A DNA stretch of 60,119 bases, filler included, from Squatina squatina (Eukaryota): the NCBI GenBank assembly GCA_031763465.1. It is 3 parts of 3 records of this genome, joined end to end, with 100 filler letters (N's around TTAATTAATTAA, not from the genome) between each part and the next. Parts side by side here need not be neighbours in the genome. Positions count along the whole stretch, not along the records: positions 1 to 30,589 come from JARFOE010000149.1; positions 30,690 to 43,956 come from JARFOE010000058.1; 1 more part is not named here. The stretch is one strand, 5' to 3'. The first letter of the stretch is position 1. Each line of letters opens with the position of its first letter. Shown here in pieces: positions 21,605 to 35,090 of the stretch. Under the pieces are notes generated by a model. It was not told the origin of the DNA. It was given only the letters and a program-made list of their open reading frames with translations, and ran no database searches. The translations under genes and the position numbers were made by a program.

Positions 21605-24498
21605 GTAAGAAATTACTCGCTGATGCATCGCAGCATTTCGGTACATTTGAGATAACTTTCTTTGCAAAGTNNNNNNNNNNTGGCTAACCCTTCACATGTT
21701 TAAGAGTCTCCAAACCAAGGTACTGAGAAATGCACACAAGAAAGTAAAGATTTTGTTTTCCTGATGCAGACAGCATACTCTCACTTGTAGGGATACATCA
21801 TACTGACCTAAATCCAGATGGTTTAGGCACAGGTTCACAGAGTCAAGATTTAGGGCCCCAATTGTGGTTTGGAACATTACTGGAGTTTAATGAACTAAAG
21901 TCATGTTCCCCGCCCGTGTGACAATTGAAACTTAGCACTTAATATTCTGCATTGCTTGTTCATTTTGTAATATGTTCTAAGTAGTCAAGAGCTGTTGAAA
22001 ATATTTTAATTGGCGAGAACACAAAAACAACAAAAAAAAAGTTACAAACATTGAACCTGCCCAGATTCAGTCTCCTCTAAACAGACCTTGGATCCCTTAA
22101 TTTCAGGAGTTTACCTTTACTGCCCACCAATATCTAGTCAGATGATCGTGAGACCTGTGTGCCGTAACACTTCACAATATGAACTGGATTCTGGAATTCT
22201 ATATGTGCTGCCCGTACACTTTTCTAATCTCCCTAAAGATGGAACTGATTAAAACTTTAGTAAGACAAGGCCAAGAATGAACTGATGAGCTAAGCCCGTC
22301 ACACTGTCTCTATTTGCAGGCTAAATATAACTTTTCTGATCAGTAGCTCCTCTGACCTGGTCAGTGCCACCATAAGGAGGACATTCTGAATCCCTGTGCC
22401 TGTCTTCTTTAACAGATCTTCCAAACTATCTCTTACTATTCTCCAATCAATACCCACTTTGGATTGGTGTTTTGGTTGTTATCAGTGCTAGCTTTTTGCT
22501 CACCCAAAACACTTATCAGTCCCGATGTCAGTCGCCATTCATATTTTTCCTCAGTCATAATGCTGCTTTGGTAGATGGGAAAATTTAGCCTCTATTTTAC
22601 AGTACTAGTAAAAGTGTAATGTTATTACTCACAGCTTCTGGGCTATTTGGCAGGTTTCAGTCAGTACATCAGTAAACCGACATCTCAAACACCGATCAGC
22701 TAGTTTTTTAATGTTCTTTTTACCCCGTCGTCTCCCGAGAGCACCAACTTTCACTGGGTTATGGTTCCATCGACACTGCCCCTCCCTGGCACCTTGCCAA
22801 AGTAATCTCCATCATGTTGGCTTTTTTTTTTATCAGGGCAGACATTACAGTTGAGCCTGATCTGCCTTTAACCAATGCCCACTTGTGCTTCCATCAGGGA
22901 CTACTGGATAAAAGAACGGAAGACTTATATCTCTATAGTGCCTTTCACAACCTCAGGACATCTCAAACTGCTTTACAGATAATGAAGTACTTTTGAAGTG
23001 TAGTCACTGTTGTNNNNNNNNNNNNNNNNNNNNNNNNNNNNNNNNNNNNNNNNNNNNNNNNNNNNNNNNNNNNNNNNNNNNNNNNNNNNNNNNNNNNNNN
23101 NNNNNNNNNNNNNTAGGACCTGGTAGGAGACAGACGCACTGAAATCATCTGAGCCGAGAGCCCATTCTTCATGTAAAGAAAGACTTGCATTTCTATAGCG
23201 CCTTTCACAACCTCAGGACATCCCAAAGCGCTTTACCACCAATGAAGTACTTTTGAAGTGCAGTCACTGTTGTAGGAAAAACTGATTCAGCAATTAATAA
23301 AAATTGTTACAATGATACCTGTTATACTTTGTAACAGCACCTGGTAAGAATTTGTGTTATGTGTTGGGCTCCAAGGTGCTCAGCCATGGAATTGTTACAT
23401 TGAGGTTTTGTACGTTTGATAATTCATGCCATTCATTCTGCTTGTTGAATATATATGTAATGCATTATTTTTGTGAATACATTTTTAAAAGAATTGAAAC
23501 ATTTTTGACTGATAGACAGAAGCTACGTATCATCTCATATTTGGTACCTTGATAAAATCTTAGCCTGACTTAAATGTTTAATATTTCTACATGATGACTG
23601 GTTAATAATGGCAATGATTGCACTATGGTCATATAGACTGATGCAGTGGTATGCCATTGTAGTTCTTGGAAGGTTTCATTATTTAGCACTTTATTTTGTG
23701 TAAGCCCTGAAGATGCCATGAAGGATTCAGTTATGGCAGCGTAATCGGTGAAAGTAATTGGGAATGATTCATCTGAGAGCTCAGGGATCCAGAAAGATTT
23801 GTTTGCAGGCAGGCTAGGGGAGAGTCATAGTGATTTCACTTACACAAGTGTGTATGGCTAGGAAACAATAGCTTTGATTTACTACTGAGGGCAATCCCCG
23901 AATCACCTTGAGACTGGTAACAAGAGACGAAAGGCTGCAAGTGAAAGATGCTAACTTCGAGCAGCAGATGACCTGGACTAAGAAACCTTGGTTAGTACAT
24001 GCTCTCATTTGTGCTGCATTTACATCATGTACTGTTCTATTTTTTAAATAGCCAGCTTGGGAACTATCTTCTGAGAGTTAGCTAGATACATTTTTTAATG
24101 AAATTACACTAAATATAAACCCTTGTAACATATATGCACAATATATTTGAAGTGTGCATATTCTGTGTCACTTTGAACTCAACTCTGTTCCTATTAACCT
24201 TGGATCATTTTCTTTCATTTTTTTCAATCACGCTTTGTAATATTTTGACACCTTTACTGCACAAAATAAATACCTTTTACTCATATGAACATNNNNNNNN
24301 NNNNNNNNNNNNNNNNNNNNNNNNNNNNNNNNNNNNNNNNNNNNNNNNNNNNNNNNNNNNNNNNNNNNNNNNNNNNNNNNNNNNNNNNNNNNAAAACTTT
24401 AGAAGCACTGAAGTTAAGATGTTCTCCTAATCCATAAAGTAAGCTCGGGTTATTGTGCATAGCTAATGCAATTCTTGGCCAGTAGTGGTGCATCTTAC

Positions 24499-24614
24499 CT
24501 TGTGTAGGTGTTCCAGTGCTAGCACTATCTCCCCACTGTATATTCTCACTGCATTCTCTGTGAAGCGCTCCCTCTGGGACAAGTGAGTGAACAGTTCGCC
24601 TCCATTCACATAAT
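24499..24614 (-). CDS. RPS6KA5: MSK1 N-terminal kinase domain exon (116 nt, (D)YVNGGELFTHLSQRERFTENAVRIYSGEIVLALEHLHK)
   Basis: Acceptor tttgtatgacag, donor AAG|gtaaga; matches recalled MSK1 DYINGGELFTHLSQRERFTE. Confidence 0.9.
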
Positions 24615-25037
24615 CTGTCATACAAAGTAAAACATTATACATGAGGAAGACACCATAGTAAACTTCAGAATGCAATAAGATAGAAAAAAAAAGGGTGGAG
24701 AGTACCACACAGAAACAGGTGTTCGGCGGCATAAACACACATTTCACGCATACAAAAATCCGCATTCAATTTTTGCCATATTTGTTTAAAGAGTACTAAA
24801 AACTGATTTTACATAAAATACTGCTTGCATTAGTTGTACATATAATTTAAGAAATGTAGCTTAGCAAACAAAATTTATGAAACATTTTTATTACAATTCC
24901 TAGCATATCCCTGCTGTGTTTCCAGGAAAAAATTGAAGGCAAAAAGTTCTGATGGTTATCAGAAGATGCTGTGCACAGACTTACATTAGAGCTTCACACT
25001 TGTGACACTTTGACTACATTTGAAACATAAATATAAA

Positions 25038-25495
25038 AAGAAATACTTGCATTTATATAACACCTTTCTCAATCACTGGACACCTCAAAGTGCTTTGCAG
25101 CCAAGGAAGTACTTTTGAAGTGTAGTCACTTGTAATGTAGAAAATGTGGCAGCCAATTTGCGCACAGCAAGCTCCTACAAACAATAATGTGATAATGACC
25201 AGATAATCTGTTTTTAGTGATGTTGGTTGAGGGATAAATATTGGCCAGAAAACCGGGGATAACTCCTGTGCTCTTCAAAATAGTGCCATGGGATCTTTTA
25301 CGTCTATCTGAGAGAGCAGACGGGGCCTCGGTTTAACGTCACATCCGAAAGGCGCCATCTCCAACAGTGCAGTACTCTCTCAGCACTGTACTGGAGTGTC
25401 AGCCGAGAGTTTTGTGCTCAAGTCTCTGGAGTGGGACTTGAACCCACAACCTTCTGACTCAGGTGAGGGTGCTACCCACTGAGCCACAGATTGAC
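25038..25495 (-). mobile_element. Deu-domain tRNA SINE, full length
   Basis: Reverse complement collinear with 19210-19672. Confidence 0.8.
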
Positions 25496-26842
25496 ACATG
25501 GAGCCTCATAAAATAAACATCAGAACAGGAGTAGGCCATTCAGCCCTTCCTGAAGGACAACCCCCTCTGATAATTTAACACGCCCTGCACCACTGCATGG
25601 GAGGTTACATCCTCAATTCCTGGAGTGGGGCTCCAGCACAAAGAGATAGATTTCGTCTTTCACCGCTAGCTGGGTAACCAGCAGTAGTGGAGGGGTCACC
25701 TGTTATACAATTGTTTTCAAAACACTGCAAAAAGGGGTAATGGTAACGCAGGTGATCTCAGCCAGGCATTGAAAGGTATAGGGTGAGTCCTTCATAGCTC
25801 GAAAACAGAAGAGGAAATGGTGGATGTGAGTGGAAGATTCCTGCAGGGAAATTGTGAAGGCAGCTGATTTGTATAGAGCCATGCAATGAGGCACTGACAA
25901 GTTAAAGATTTTCATACCCAATTTTCTTTATGTAAAGGACAGAAAGGTTTGCATTTCTATGGCGTCTTTCATGACCTCAGGACATCCAAAATCGCTTTAC
26001 AGCCAAGAAAGTACTTTTGAAGTGCAGTCACTGTCGTCATTTAGGAAAGGCGACAGATAATTTGCGCACAGCAAGCTCCCACAAACAGCAATGTGATAAT
26101 GACCANNNNNNNNNNNNNNNNNNNNNNNNNNNNNNNNNNNNNNNNNNNNNNNNNNNNNNNNNNNNNNNNNNNNNNNNNNNNNNNNNNNNNNNNNNNNNNN
26201 NNNNNCCGATCTTTTGTGTGTTTTTATGCCAATTTTGGGGTTTTTAACTTGGTTTTCAGACTTTTTTATTGGTTTTTTTAGGGCACCCCTACTTACTCAA
26301 CCCATTGGCTGTAAAGTGATTTGGGACAAAATGAGGTTGTGAAAGGCGCTGTATAAATGCAAGCCATTCTTTCCTTTTGCTCAATTCGAATGGCAAAGTC
26401 ACCCACCCTGTTCCCTTTCACTGGCTGTAGTGGGCTGATCTTAGGCCTAGTGCTAGGGCCTGTCTGTTTGTGGCGCTGGTTTGACCCTGCGCTCTTCTTT
26501 CCTCACCAAGTTTCATATCCTCACTGATAATGATTAGTGCTTACAACCTGGGGATTTGCACCCTCCCCGCACATTGTAATCCCTAACCCCACAGCCTTAT
26601 GACCCCAGATCCCCTGAACCCCATCCCCAGTAATCCACAGCCATTCTTCTCAATCAGAACTTTCTGCTGAGGGATCTGAGCATCCGATTTCATGCAGGCT
26701 AACCAATACTGAACTCCTTACAGACGTTTAAAAATTATTATGCTGTTGTGGAGCATTATCTCTTTAAATGCCTTAACAAACTAAGATTCTGCTTTTGCAG
26801 TAGTACAACAACATCTACTTGCATTCATATAGCGTCTTTAAT

Positions 26843-27624
26843 GGAGCTGAAATTGCGATCCCTCTGGGTCACCCCAGGTGCGTACAATGTTCCCACACTC
26901 CCGGGGGGACCTCACAAGTTTTGAATCTCGGGCTGCACTGCACATGCCCACAGATCTGGAACTTACAATCTGTCAAGATTGCTCTTCACAGATCATCTGC
27001 TTCTGCTGGAAAAGCGGTTTCCAGGGCGGAGAGTTGTGATATTTTCTCAACTCTTGCCCGTGGAAATCTGCTGAATTTTTTTACGCATGGTAAAACCAAG
27101 TGTACAGGCTGGGTTTTACCAGCGTAAGAGTTTTTAAAAATGTAAAAATCAAATAAATGAATGGTAAATTACTTAAAAACCATTCCCATTAAGGCAAGTA
27201 TGATTTTAAACATTTTAAAAGAATTTTTAAAAACAGTTCAAAAAAATTTGGGGGATATTATTTATTTCATTTTTATTACATTTTAATGTTACAGAAGTTT
27301 TTAAAAATGTTTTTTGATGTGCTTGTGCAGTTTAGTATCTCGTTCATACTTTTACAAATCTCCCATATATGGAACAGATCTGTAAACGCATGAATAGGAC
27401 AGAGAAACATAGAAAATAGGTGCNNNNNNNNNNATAGGAGATAATCCTACCTGATAGGTTGGGGCCTCCCATGTGACCTCTCCAGTCTCTCCGAAATGCT
27501 TAGAAACAGCAGCGTGCCCAACTATGAAGTTTACGTGGCTCCCAGACCGTCAGGTAAGTTGGTGGAGATATTTGTGATCGGAGGCAGCTGCACGCAGGAA
27601 GCCTCCGATCGCAAATTCAGCTCC
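26843..27624. mobile_element. Non-autonomous DNA transposon (Harbinger-like MITE)
   Basis: TIRs ggagctgaaattgcgatc / gatcgcaaattcagctcc, flanks aat/agt; interior similar to 46518-47204; splits an L2-type tail. Confidence 0.7.
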
Positions 27625-28204
27625 AGTGTAACAGAACATCCCAAAGCGCTTCACAGCAGGCAAAAGACTGAAACCGAGCCAAAGAAGGAAACGTTAGGAC
27701 AGGTGACCAAACACTTGGTCAAAGAATTTAAGCAGCCAAGCCAAGCAGCAACCAAGTCAAGGTCTTAAAGGAGGATTGAGAGGTGAAGAGGTTTAAGGAG
27801 GGAATTCCAGAGCTTAGGGCCTAGACAGCTGTGTTGCGTTATCTGTCATGCCATTTCAAACAGGCTTTCTGTCACATTTTTCTGTTTAAAATTCTCATCC
27901 TTGTTTTCAAATCCCTCCATGGCTTCACTCCTCCTTATCTCTGTCACCCCTTCCAGCCCTACAACCCTCCACGATCTCTGTACTGTAATTCTGGCTTCTT
28001 GTGCATCCCCGATTTTCATTGCCGAGGACCTAAGCCCTGGAATTCCCTCCCTAAATCTCTCCGCCTCTCTCTCCTCCTTTAAGACGCTCCTTAAAATCTA
28101 CCATNNNNNNNNNNNNNNNNNNNNNNNNNNNNNNNNNNNNNNNNNNNNNNNNNNNNNNNNNNNNNNNNNNNNNNNNNNNNNNNNNNNNNNNNNNNNNNNN
28201 NNNN

Positions 28205-28738
28205 GTGTGGGACCTTATTGACTGCCATCTCAAAATCCAAATACACCACACCCACTGGTTCCCCCTTATCTATTCTGCTAGTTACAACCGCAAAAAGCTC
28301 TAACAGATTCATCAAACATGATTTCCCTTTCATAATACCGTGTTGACTCTGCCCAATCCTATTATTATATTCTAAGTGCCCTGCTACCAAGTCCTTGATA
28401 ATAGCTTCTAGCATTTTCCCTACTACTAATGTCAGAATAACTGGTCTGCAGTTCCCCGTTTTCTCTCTCCCTCCATTCTTAAATAGTGGGGTTACATTTG
28501 CTACTCTCCAATCCGTGGGAACCATTTATCCTTATATAGATTGGACAAATCAAGTTGGCAAGGGTAGCCTTATGGACAAGTTCATAGCGTGTATTCGAGA
28601 CAGTTTCTTCAAACAACACCTTGTGGAACCAACCAGGGAACAGACTATTTTAGATCCGGTAATGGGTAACGAGACAGGATTAATTAATGATCTCATAGTA
28701 AAGGATCTTCTAGCGAAGAGTGATCATAACATGATAGA
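28205..28738. mobile_element. CR1 ORF2 fragments in opposite orientations
   Basis: Minus 28525-28205 encodes VPTDWRVANVTPLFK...YLDF..KVPH; plus 28527-28738 encodes IDW...FIACIRDSFFKQ...SDHNMI (endonuclease end). Confidence 0.8.
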
Positions 28739-28838
28739 NNNNNNNNNNNNNNNNNNNNNNNNNNNNNNNNNNNNNNNNNNNNNNNNNNNNNNNNNNNNNN
28801 NNNNNNNNNNNNNNNNNNNNNNNNNNNNNNNNNNNNNN

Positions 28839-29122
28839 AAGTTGCTGGTGTAATACTCTACACAATCTCCCTTATCCATCTTAACCTCTGCTGGGTTACC
28901 AGTCTCCTCTTTATCAGAGGTCGCCAATGCCGGCTTTTCCGCAATTTTGAGCTTTTTCCTTGGATTGATGATGTCATTTGGGGGTGACAGGAACCTGTTT
29001 TCTGCATTGATTGTGAGTATAATTGGCTCAGTTTTCACAGCAGGATTTTTGCCAGGAGCTTTCCCTTGATTTTCATGGCACATTCTTCTGTGTTTAAGCA
29101 AACGATCAGTTCTAGAAAAATA
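28839..29122 (-). CDS. ZNF148: ZBP-89-like zinc finger protein, 5' part of exon (YFSRTDRLLKHRRMCHENQ...), truncated by gap
   Basis: Acceptor tttccttgcag; frame open to the gap. MCHEN after the last finger favours ZNF148 over its paralog ZNF281. Confidence 0.8.
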
Positions 29123-29486
29123 CTGCAAGGAAACGCATTGGAGAGAATTAATAAGTCATTATTGTTTATGTCCTTACGATTAAAGCAACAAAGGACAAGA
29201 AGGCGTGCATTGATTGTAGCCATTGGCATGTTAAAGACAGTTCTGGCATGAGGCAAAGCAAGCTACCACTTGCACCAAAGTGTGCAAGAACCTACACAAA
29301 GTCACACCCTTCAACTACTGACATTGGTTGTGGACACATGCATTTTTGAATTTATTGTCAGCTGTTTATGATTCCATTTTACAACTNNNNNNNNNNNNNN
29401 NNNNNNNNNNNNNNNNNNNNNNNNNNNNNNNNNNNNNNNNNNNNNNNNNNNNNNNNNNNNNNNNNNNNNNNNNNNNNNNNNNNNNN

Positions 29487-30589
29487 CTTACTTTACTAAT
29501 TAACCCTGTCTCATTGCACAATATAAAATCTAAAATAGCCTGTTCCCTGGTTGATTCCATGACGTATTCTTCTAGGAAACTGTCTCGAATGCATTTCAAG
29601 AACTTGTCCTCCAGACTACCTTTGCCAATTTGGTTTGCCCAGTCTATATGAAGATTAATTGTACTACGTTTGTCACAAGCTCCTATTACTTGTGGATTAA
29701 TATGCTATCCAATGGTCTAGCTATTGTTTGGAGGCTTATATACTATGCAGTCCAGTGATTTCTACCCATTGTTATTTCTTACTCCATCCATACTGATTCT
29801 ACTTCCTGATCTTCTGAGCCAGGATCCTTTCCTTATATCATTCACTTTCTCACTACTTTCTTTATATCATTCATTATCAGGGCTACACCCCTCCTTTTCC
29901 ATTTTGCCCATCTTTTTGAAATGTTAAGTACCCTGGAATATTTAGTTCCCACCCTTGGCCACCTTGCATCCATGATCCTGTAATGGCTATTAGATCAAAG
30001 CCACTAAATGCTATTTGCGCCACTAATTCATCTATCTTGTTACAAATGCTTCGTGCATTCAGATAAAAAGCATTTAGTTTTAACTTTTTAACCATTATTC
30101 CTTGCTTTCACCTTATTCACTGATGCACTATTACCATTATAAGGTCTCGGTCCCTTCCTGTCACACTCTGCTTATCTTTAGCCAAATCACTACACTGCTC
30201 ATTTGCCTTGATTTTTCTCCAAATTTTAAATTTGCCCTCACAGGACACCTCCTCCCACCCTTTTTAGTTTAAAGCCCTATCTACTGCCCTAGTTATTCAA
30301 TTTCCCAGCACACTGGTCCTAGCCTGGTTTCAGTGGAGACCGTCCCAATGGATCAGCTCCCTCTTTTCCCAGTACTGGTACTAGTGCTCCATGAATCGAA
30401 ACCCCTTCCTCCCACACCACTCTTTAACTCTCTGATCTCCTTGTTCCTATGTCAATTTGTGCATGGCTGAGGTAACAGTCCAGAGATCATTACTTTGAGC
30501 TTCTGCTTTTTAATTGGGACCCTAGCTCCACAAACTCGCTCAGCAGAACTTAAGTCCTAGTTCCACCTATGTCTTTGGTTCCTCCGTAG
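29487..30589 (-). mobile_element. CR1 LINE: ORF1 C-terminus (esterase/SGNH-like) and ORF2 endonuclease N-terminus
   Basis: ORF2 start LNARSICNKIDEL...IAIT.SW...WELNIPGY at 30095-29883; upstream degenerate ISGLLP...EWCGRKGFRFMEH...WDGLH. Confidence 0.8.
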
Positions 30590-30633
30590 NNNNNNNNNNN
30601 NNNNNNNNNNNNNNNNNNNNNNNNNNNNNNNNN

Positions 30634-30645
30634 TTAATTAATTAA
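30634..30645. other. Synthetic linker TTAATTAATTAA in assembly gap
   Basis: Exactly 44 N + 12-mer + 44 N = 100; stops in all six frames. Confidence 0.95.
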
Positions 30646-33600
30646 NNNNNNNNNNNNNNNNNNNNNNNNNNNNNNNNNNNNNNNNNNNNAATGCAAGTAT
30701 TAATAGTAGACACAGCTGTTCATACTTTTTGAGATAAAAATAGTTAAGTCAAAAGTAAATTCAGAATAATAGATATCTAAAGGATTTCCGGGCAGTGATC
30801 CCAATGAGCAGTTTAGATGGAATCATAAATCATGAAAACAATATTCAAGCTATTACTACTATTAGATGAATCTTGAGATGAGATTTCTGCTGAGAAATGA
30901 TTCCTTTCCCATGTATATTATTATTTTTATCATGTTTTCTGTCAAGTCGATAGAGTAATTTTGTTCCATTATGTTTGTTTATGCTTTTTTATTAATTAGC
31001 TTAGGTATATGGATGGGTCCTAATGGCTAGGATTTTCCATGTCAGAAATTTATGAAGTTATCCCCATTAAAGGATTACTAATTTTGTCCAATAATTTAAC
31101 AAGGCAAAGAAATATTCGTCCTGGCAAATGTAATGCTTTCCATTTCAGGCACCAAAGTTATCATCAAGCACTCCCAGATGAAGTTCAGCAGTTTGATACA
31201 GAGTAAAACTCCCTNNNNNNNNNNNNNNNNNNNNNNNNNNNNNNNNNNNNNNNNNNNNNNNNNNNNNNNNNNNNNNNNNNNNNNNNNNNNNNNNNNNNNN
31301 NNNNNNNNNNNNNNAGAAGAAAGTGCTGGAGAAAGGGAAGCTTGAGATGAGAGGATTACCCATTAGATGGTAAGCCTTGTATCCTATCCAGATCTACCAG
31401 TGATGGAGATGTGTGAAATAGGACTTGCTTAGCTTTTCCATGCGAGTTATGACTGTGCTTTGCTAGGTTTATAATTTCAGCATTTTGACTGGTTTCAAAG
31501 TTGTTTTGCACTGTAGAGGAATACAAAATAGAAAAATGATTTATTGACCAGCCTACCCTCAATCTAATTATCCTTGCATTGCATTTTCATTCATTACATT
31601 TTAACTAACAGTCATAGATTTTCTTTGTTGTTTATTTATTGCTTCTTTTTTATTTTTATTTCCATGGAGATTACATGATTATAATTTATAGTTATCCAGT
31701 AACCCATAATCAGCATAAATTGCATTTTAAAATTGATTCGTCGACAGTTTAATGATGTTACATATGTGCTCTGCAGAAGTAGCATTTTGAACCGTACACA
31801 ACAGGCCCATTCTGTTCAAATGACATTAAACCTTAATTGATTCAGAGCAGGCTAATAGGTGTGGCATGATACAGTGCCTTCAAACCTAAGACTCGCACTT
31901 GGATGTACAAATTAGGCTGACATTTCACTGCAGGGAATGTTGCATAGTTGGAGGTGAGATGCTAACCTGAGGCTTTGTCTGCCTGTTCAGGGAGACTCTA
32001 GAGATCATTTGCCACAACTCAGAGAAGATTAGAAAGTTCTCCTCAGGTTAGATTTTTATCTTCAACATTCCCAGTACTGAGTACCTGCAGCCATGAGGAT
32101 AGAAACGTATTGTCTGGGGACTGGCCAGCATTCTTTCTCCAGCTCATTCTTCTCTTAATGCTGGTGCACAATTGCTGCCATTTTTGTCTAAATATCAACT
32201 GTCAGTCCATTCCAAATATGATTCAGTGTGAAGTGTGCTCAAAATTGCGAAGGGTTTTGACAGACCAAATAAGGAGAATCTGTTACCACTGACAGGTAAC
32301 CAAAGGACACAGACTTAAGATAGTTGGCAAAAGAACCAGAGGGTAGATGAGAATTGTTTTTAAGCAATAATAGAGATTTTGCATGGATGGTATAACAGTC
32401 TGCCATTGTGGAGAGATTCCTGAAATTGATCTGGATTACANNNNNNNNNNNNNNNNNNNNNNNNNNNNNNNNNNNNNNNNNNNNNNNNNNNNNNNNNNNN
32501 NNNNNNNNNNNNNNNNNNNNNNNNNNNNNNNNNNNNNNNNGCAGATCAGCCATGATCTCATTGAATGGCGGAGCAGGCTCGAGAGGCTGAAAGGCCTCCT
32601 CCTGTTCCTGTGTTCCTACTACAAACCCCTGGCCCGACATATAAACATACACAAACAAAGCCAGTCAGGCAAGCTTTGCTAAGTTGACTTTCATGCGCAC
32701 GTATCAGACCTTGCACAAGTAATGTTAACCTACATACAAGCCAGCAAAGCAAGATGGTGATTGTTACAAAAGTCCACCTTGCTTTCTCCAAGAAGTTAGT
32801 AACCTCTAACATATGAAACAAACTGTTCCTGCTATTTAAATTTTCATAGCTTAGGAAAAATATAATGAGTATTTCTCGCTGAGAAACATTGCAAATGGCT
32901 GAAAACTACCATTTTTGTCATTCCATCAAGGGTTTTATCACATTTCTGCAGAAATTATGACAGGAGGCCAGAACACCCTGGTGGAAGTTCTTGGCCTTTT
33001 TTTTTAAAGGTCCAACTGCTTTGATTTCTGGGACAATCTAAATGTCTCAAGACATTAAGCACATTAATTACTTCTCTTAGCATCAGGAAGGCATTCTGTA
33101 CCTCAGATTCATCCCAAATTGACACCTTTAAAATATATTTATACTTACAGTGCAGTAGGAGCCATACAGGAATTCATTAATAATATATGCAATTTTCAAA
33201 ACATTAAATGCAGCAGTTCTAAAGCCTTAAATTGGAGCAAATTAGTCCCAGTTCCCATACCTGAATAAATTCTGCAAATGAGAAAAGTTGAGTAACAAAA
33301 TTATTCAATTTAGTAAGTAATTCCAAATGGGAAGAAGCCAGTGAATGATTTAACATCTACTTTGCAAACCATCATTACGTTGTGGGTTTGAACCCTAGAG
33401 ATGCCTAGCACTTGAAATTATCTATCTCTGTCAGGTGCATTCCATTACTTCGTTGCGTTTCTGGATAGAGTCACACTCAGGAGTGCATTTTCTATTCAGA
33501 TGTAGACATAACTGGCATGGTTCACTTTAATTGTGATGGGTGGGAAGCGGGAAAGTATTAACTCNNNNNNNNNNNNNNNNNNNNNNNNNNNNNNNNNNNN

Positions 33601-33730
33601 NNNNNNNNNNNNNNNNNNNNNNNNNNNNNNNNNNNNNNNNNNNNNNNNNNNNNNNNNNNNNNNNTAGGTCATTCTTGATTAAGCATTCTGGACTCCCTGT
33701 TTTAATGTCTGCGTGCCAGCTTTACAAGGA

Positions 33731-33950
33731 ATGGATCAAATGGATTGTAAACCTTACCAACCACTACCAAAAGTTAGATGCGAGATGGAATTGGCATACA
33801 CAAGCTCTTCAGATGAAAGTGAAGATGGCAGAAGCCCCCAGAAATCCTACAACTCTAGAGAAACACTTCATGAATACAATAAGGAGCTGAGGATGAATTA
33901 CAACAGTCATAAAAAAGATATCATGCAAACGGTTGAAGAATCCAGACAAG
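33731..33950 (+). CDS. TENM1: Teneurin-1 first coding exon (MDQMDCKPYQPLPKVRCEMELAYTSSSDESEDGR...VEESRQ)
   Basis: ATG at 33731, donor AAG|gtatac; matches recalled TENM1 N-terminus MEQTDCKPYQPLPKV..LAYTSSSDESEDGR..SYNSRETLHEYN. Confidence 0.93.
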
Positions 33951-34364
33951 GTATACATGTATTTTTTATGTGTGTCTGTATGTATGTAAATTTTAAATGT
34001 ATATCTAGATATATAGCATACTCCTACTAACTCATGCCTGTCGAGAACCAAGTGAAATCTGCAAGTTAAAAGAGGTCACTGAATACAGCAAGCCTGGAAT
34101 GTGCTTAATTTGGTTTTCTCTACATTTATCAGTCAGTATGTCTTGTATTTTCATGATACACAGTTTAAAGGAGTTTTACTCTTTGAAAGTGTGAAAAAAT
34201 AATAAATTAAGCAAATTAATCAGATGGAATGGAAAGACAACTCAAACTCACATCTAAAGTGGATTCATGGGTTAGCCTCGTACCTTTTAAAAGGAGTATA
34301 CTGTGTTACTATCATTATTTGGAGGTAACTTTAATTGTAATAAAGCAGTCGAGGTCCCATAGGA

Positions 34365-34448
34365 ATAAAAACAGAAATGCTTGACATACTCAGCAGGCCA
34401 GGCAGCGTATGTAGAGAGAGAAGCAGTGGTAACGTTTCAGGTCAATGA
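34365..34448 (-). mobile_element. Penelope-like terminal fragment, cut by gap
   Basis: Homologous to 128-196; minus strand keeps ACCTGAAACGTTA. Confidence 0.55.
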
Positions 34449-34649
34449 NNNNNNNNNNNNNNNNNNNNNNNNNNNNNNNNNNNNNNNNNNNNNNNNNNNN
34501 NNNNNNNNNNNNNNNNNNNNNNNNNNNNNNNNNNNNNNNNNNNNNNNNTACAAAGAAAGCCAATTGACTGAATTGCACGAATTTCTAATGGTGACCGACC
34601 AATGACATCCCAGGTAGTTGCATGGGTTCCCTCTCTAGTGGGCACCTAG

Positions 34650-35090
34650 GAACATGAGTAGGCCATTCAGCCGCTCAAGTCTGTTCTGCCATTCAACTAG
34701 ATCATGGCTGGTATGTATCTTAATTCCATATATCCACCTTGAATATCCTTTAATACCTTTGTCTAACAAGCATCTATCACTGTCATTTTTGTAATTTNNN
34801 NNNNNNNAACCCTGAACCAGCCTACTGTAATTTTAAGGTTATGCCATCCTTGTTCTGGATTCCTCCACCAGTGTTTCTATCTACCTATTCAATCCTTTAA
34901 TCATCTTAAACACCTCAATTAGATCACCACCAAATCTACTATACTTAAGTAAATAAAAGCCTAGTCTGAGCACCCGGTCCTCATAATTTAACCCTTTTAG
35001 CCTCAGTATCATTCTCGTGAATCTTCGCTACACACCTTCCAAGGCCAATACATCCTTCCTGAAGTGCGCTGCCCAGAACTGAACAGAGCA
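34650..35090 (-). mobile_element. Degenerate CR1 3' region
   Basis: gagtaggccattcag tail and ccttccaaggccaatacatccttcctgaagtg motif. Confidence 0.65.

Noticed and set aside
31315-31369. Possible exon end KKVLEKGKLEMRGLPIR with donor gtaagc
   Set aside because: Too short, cut by a gap, unidentified.
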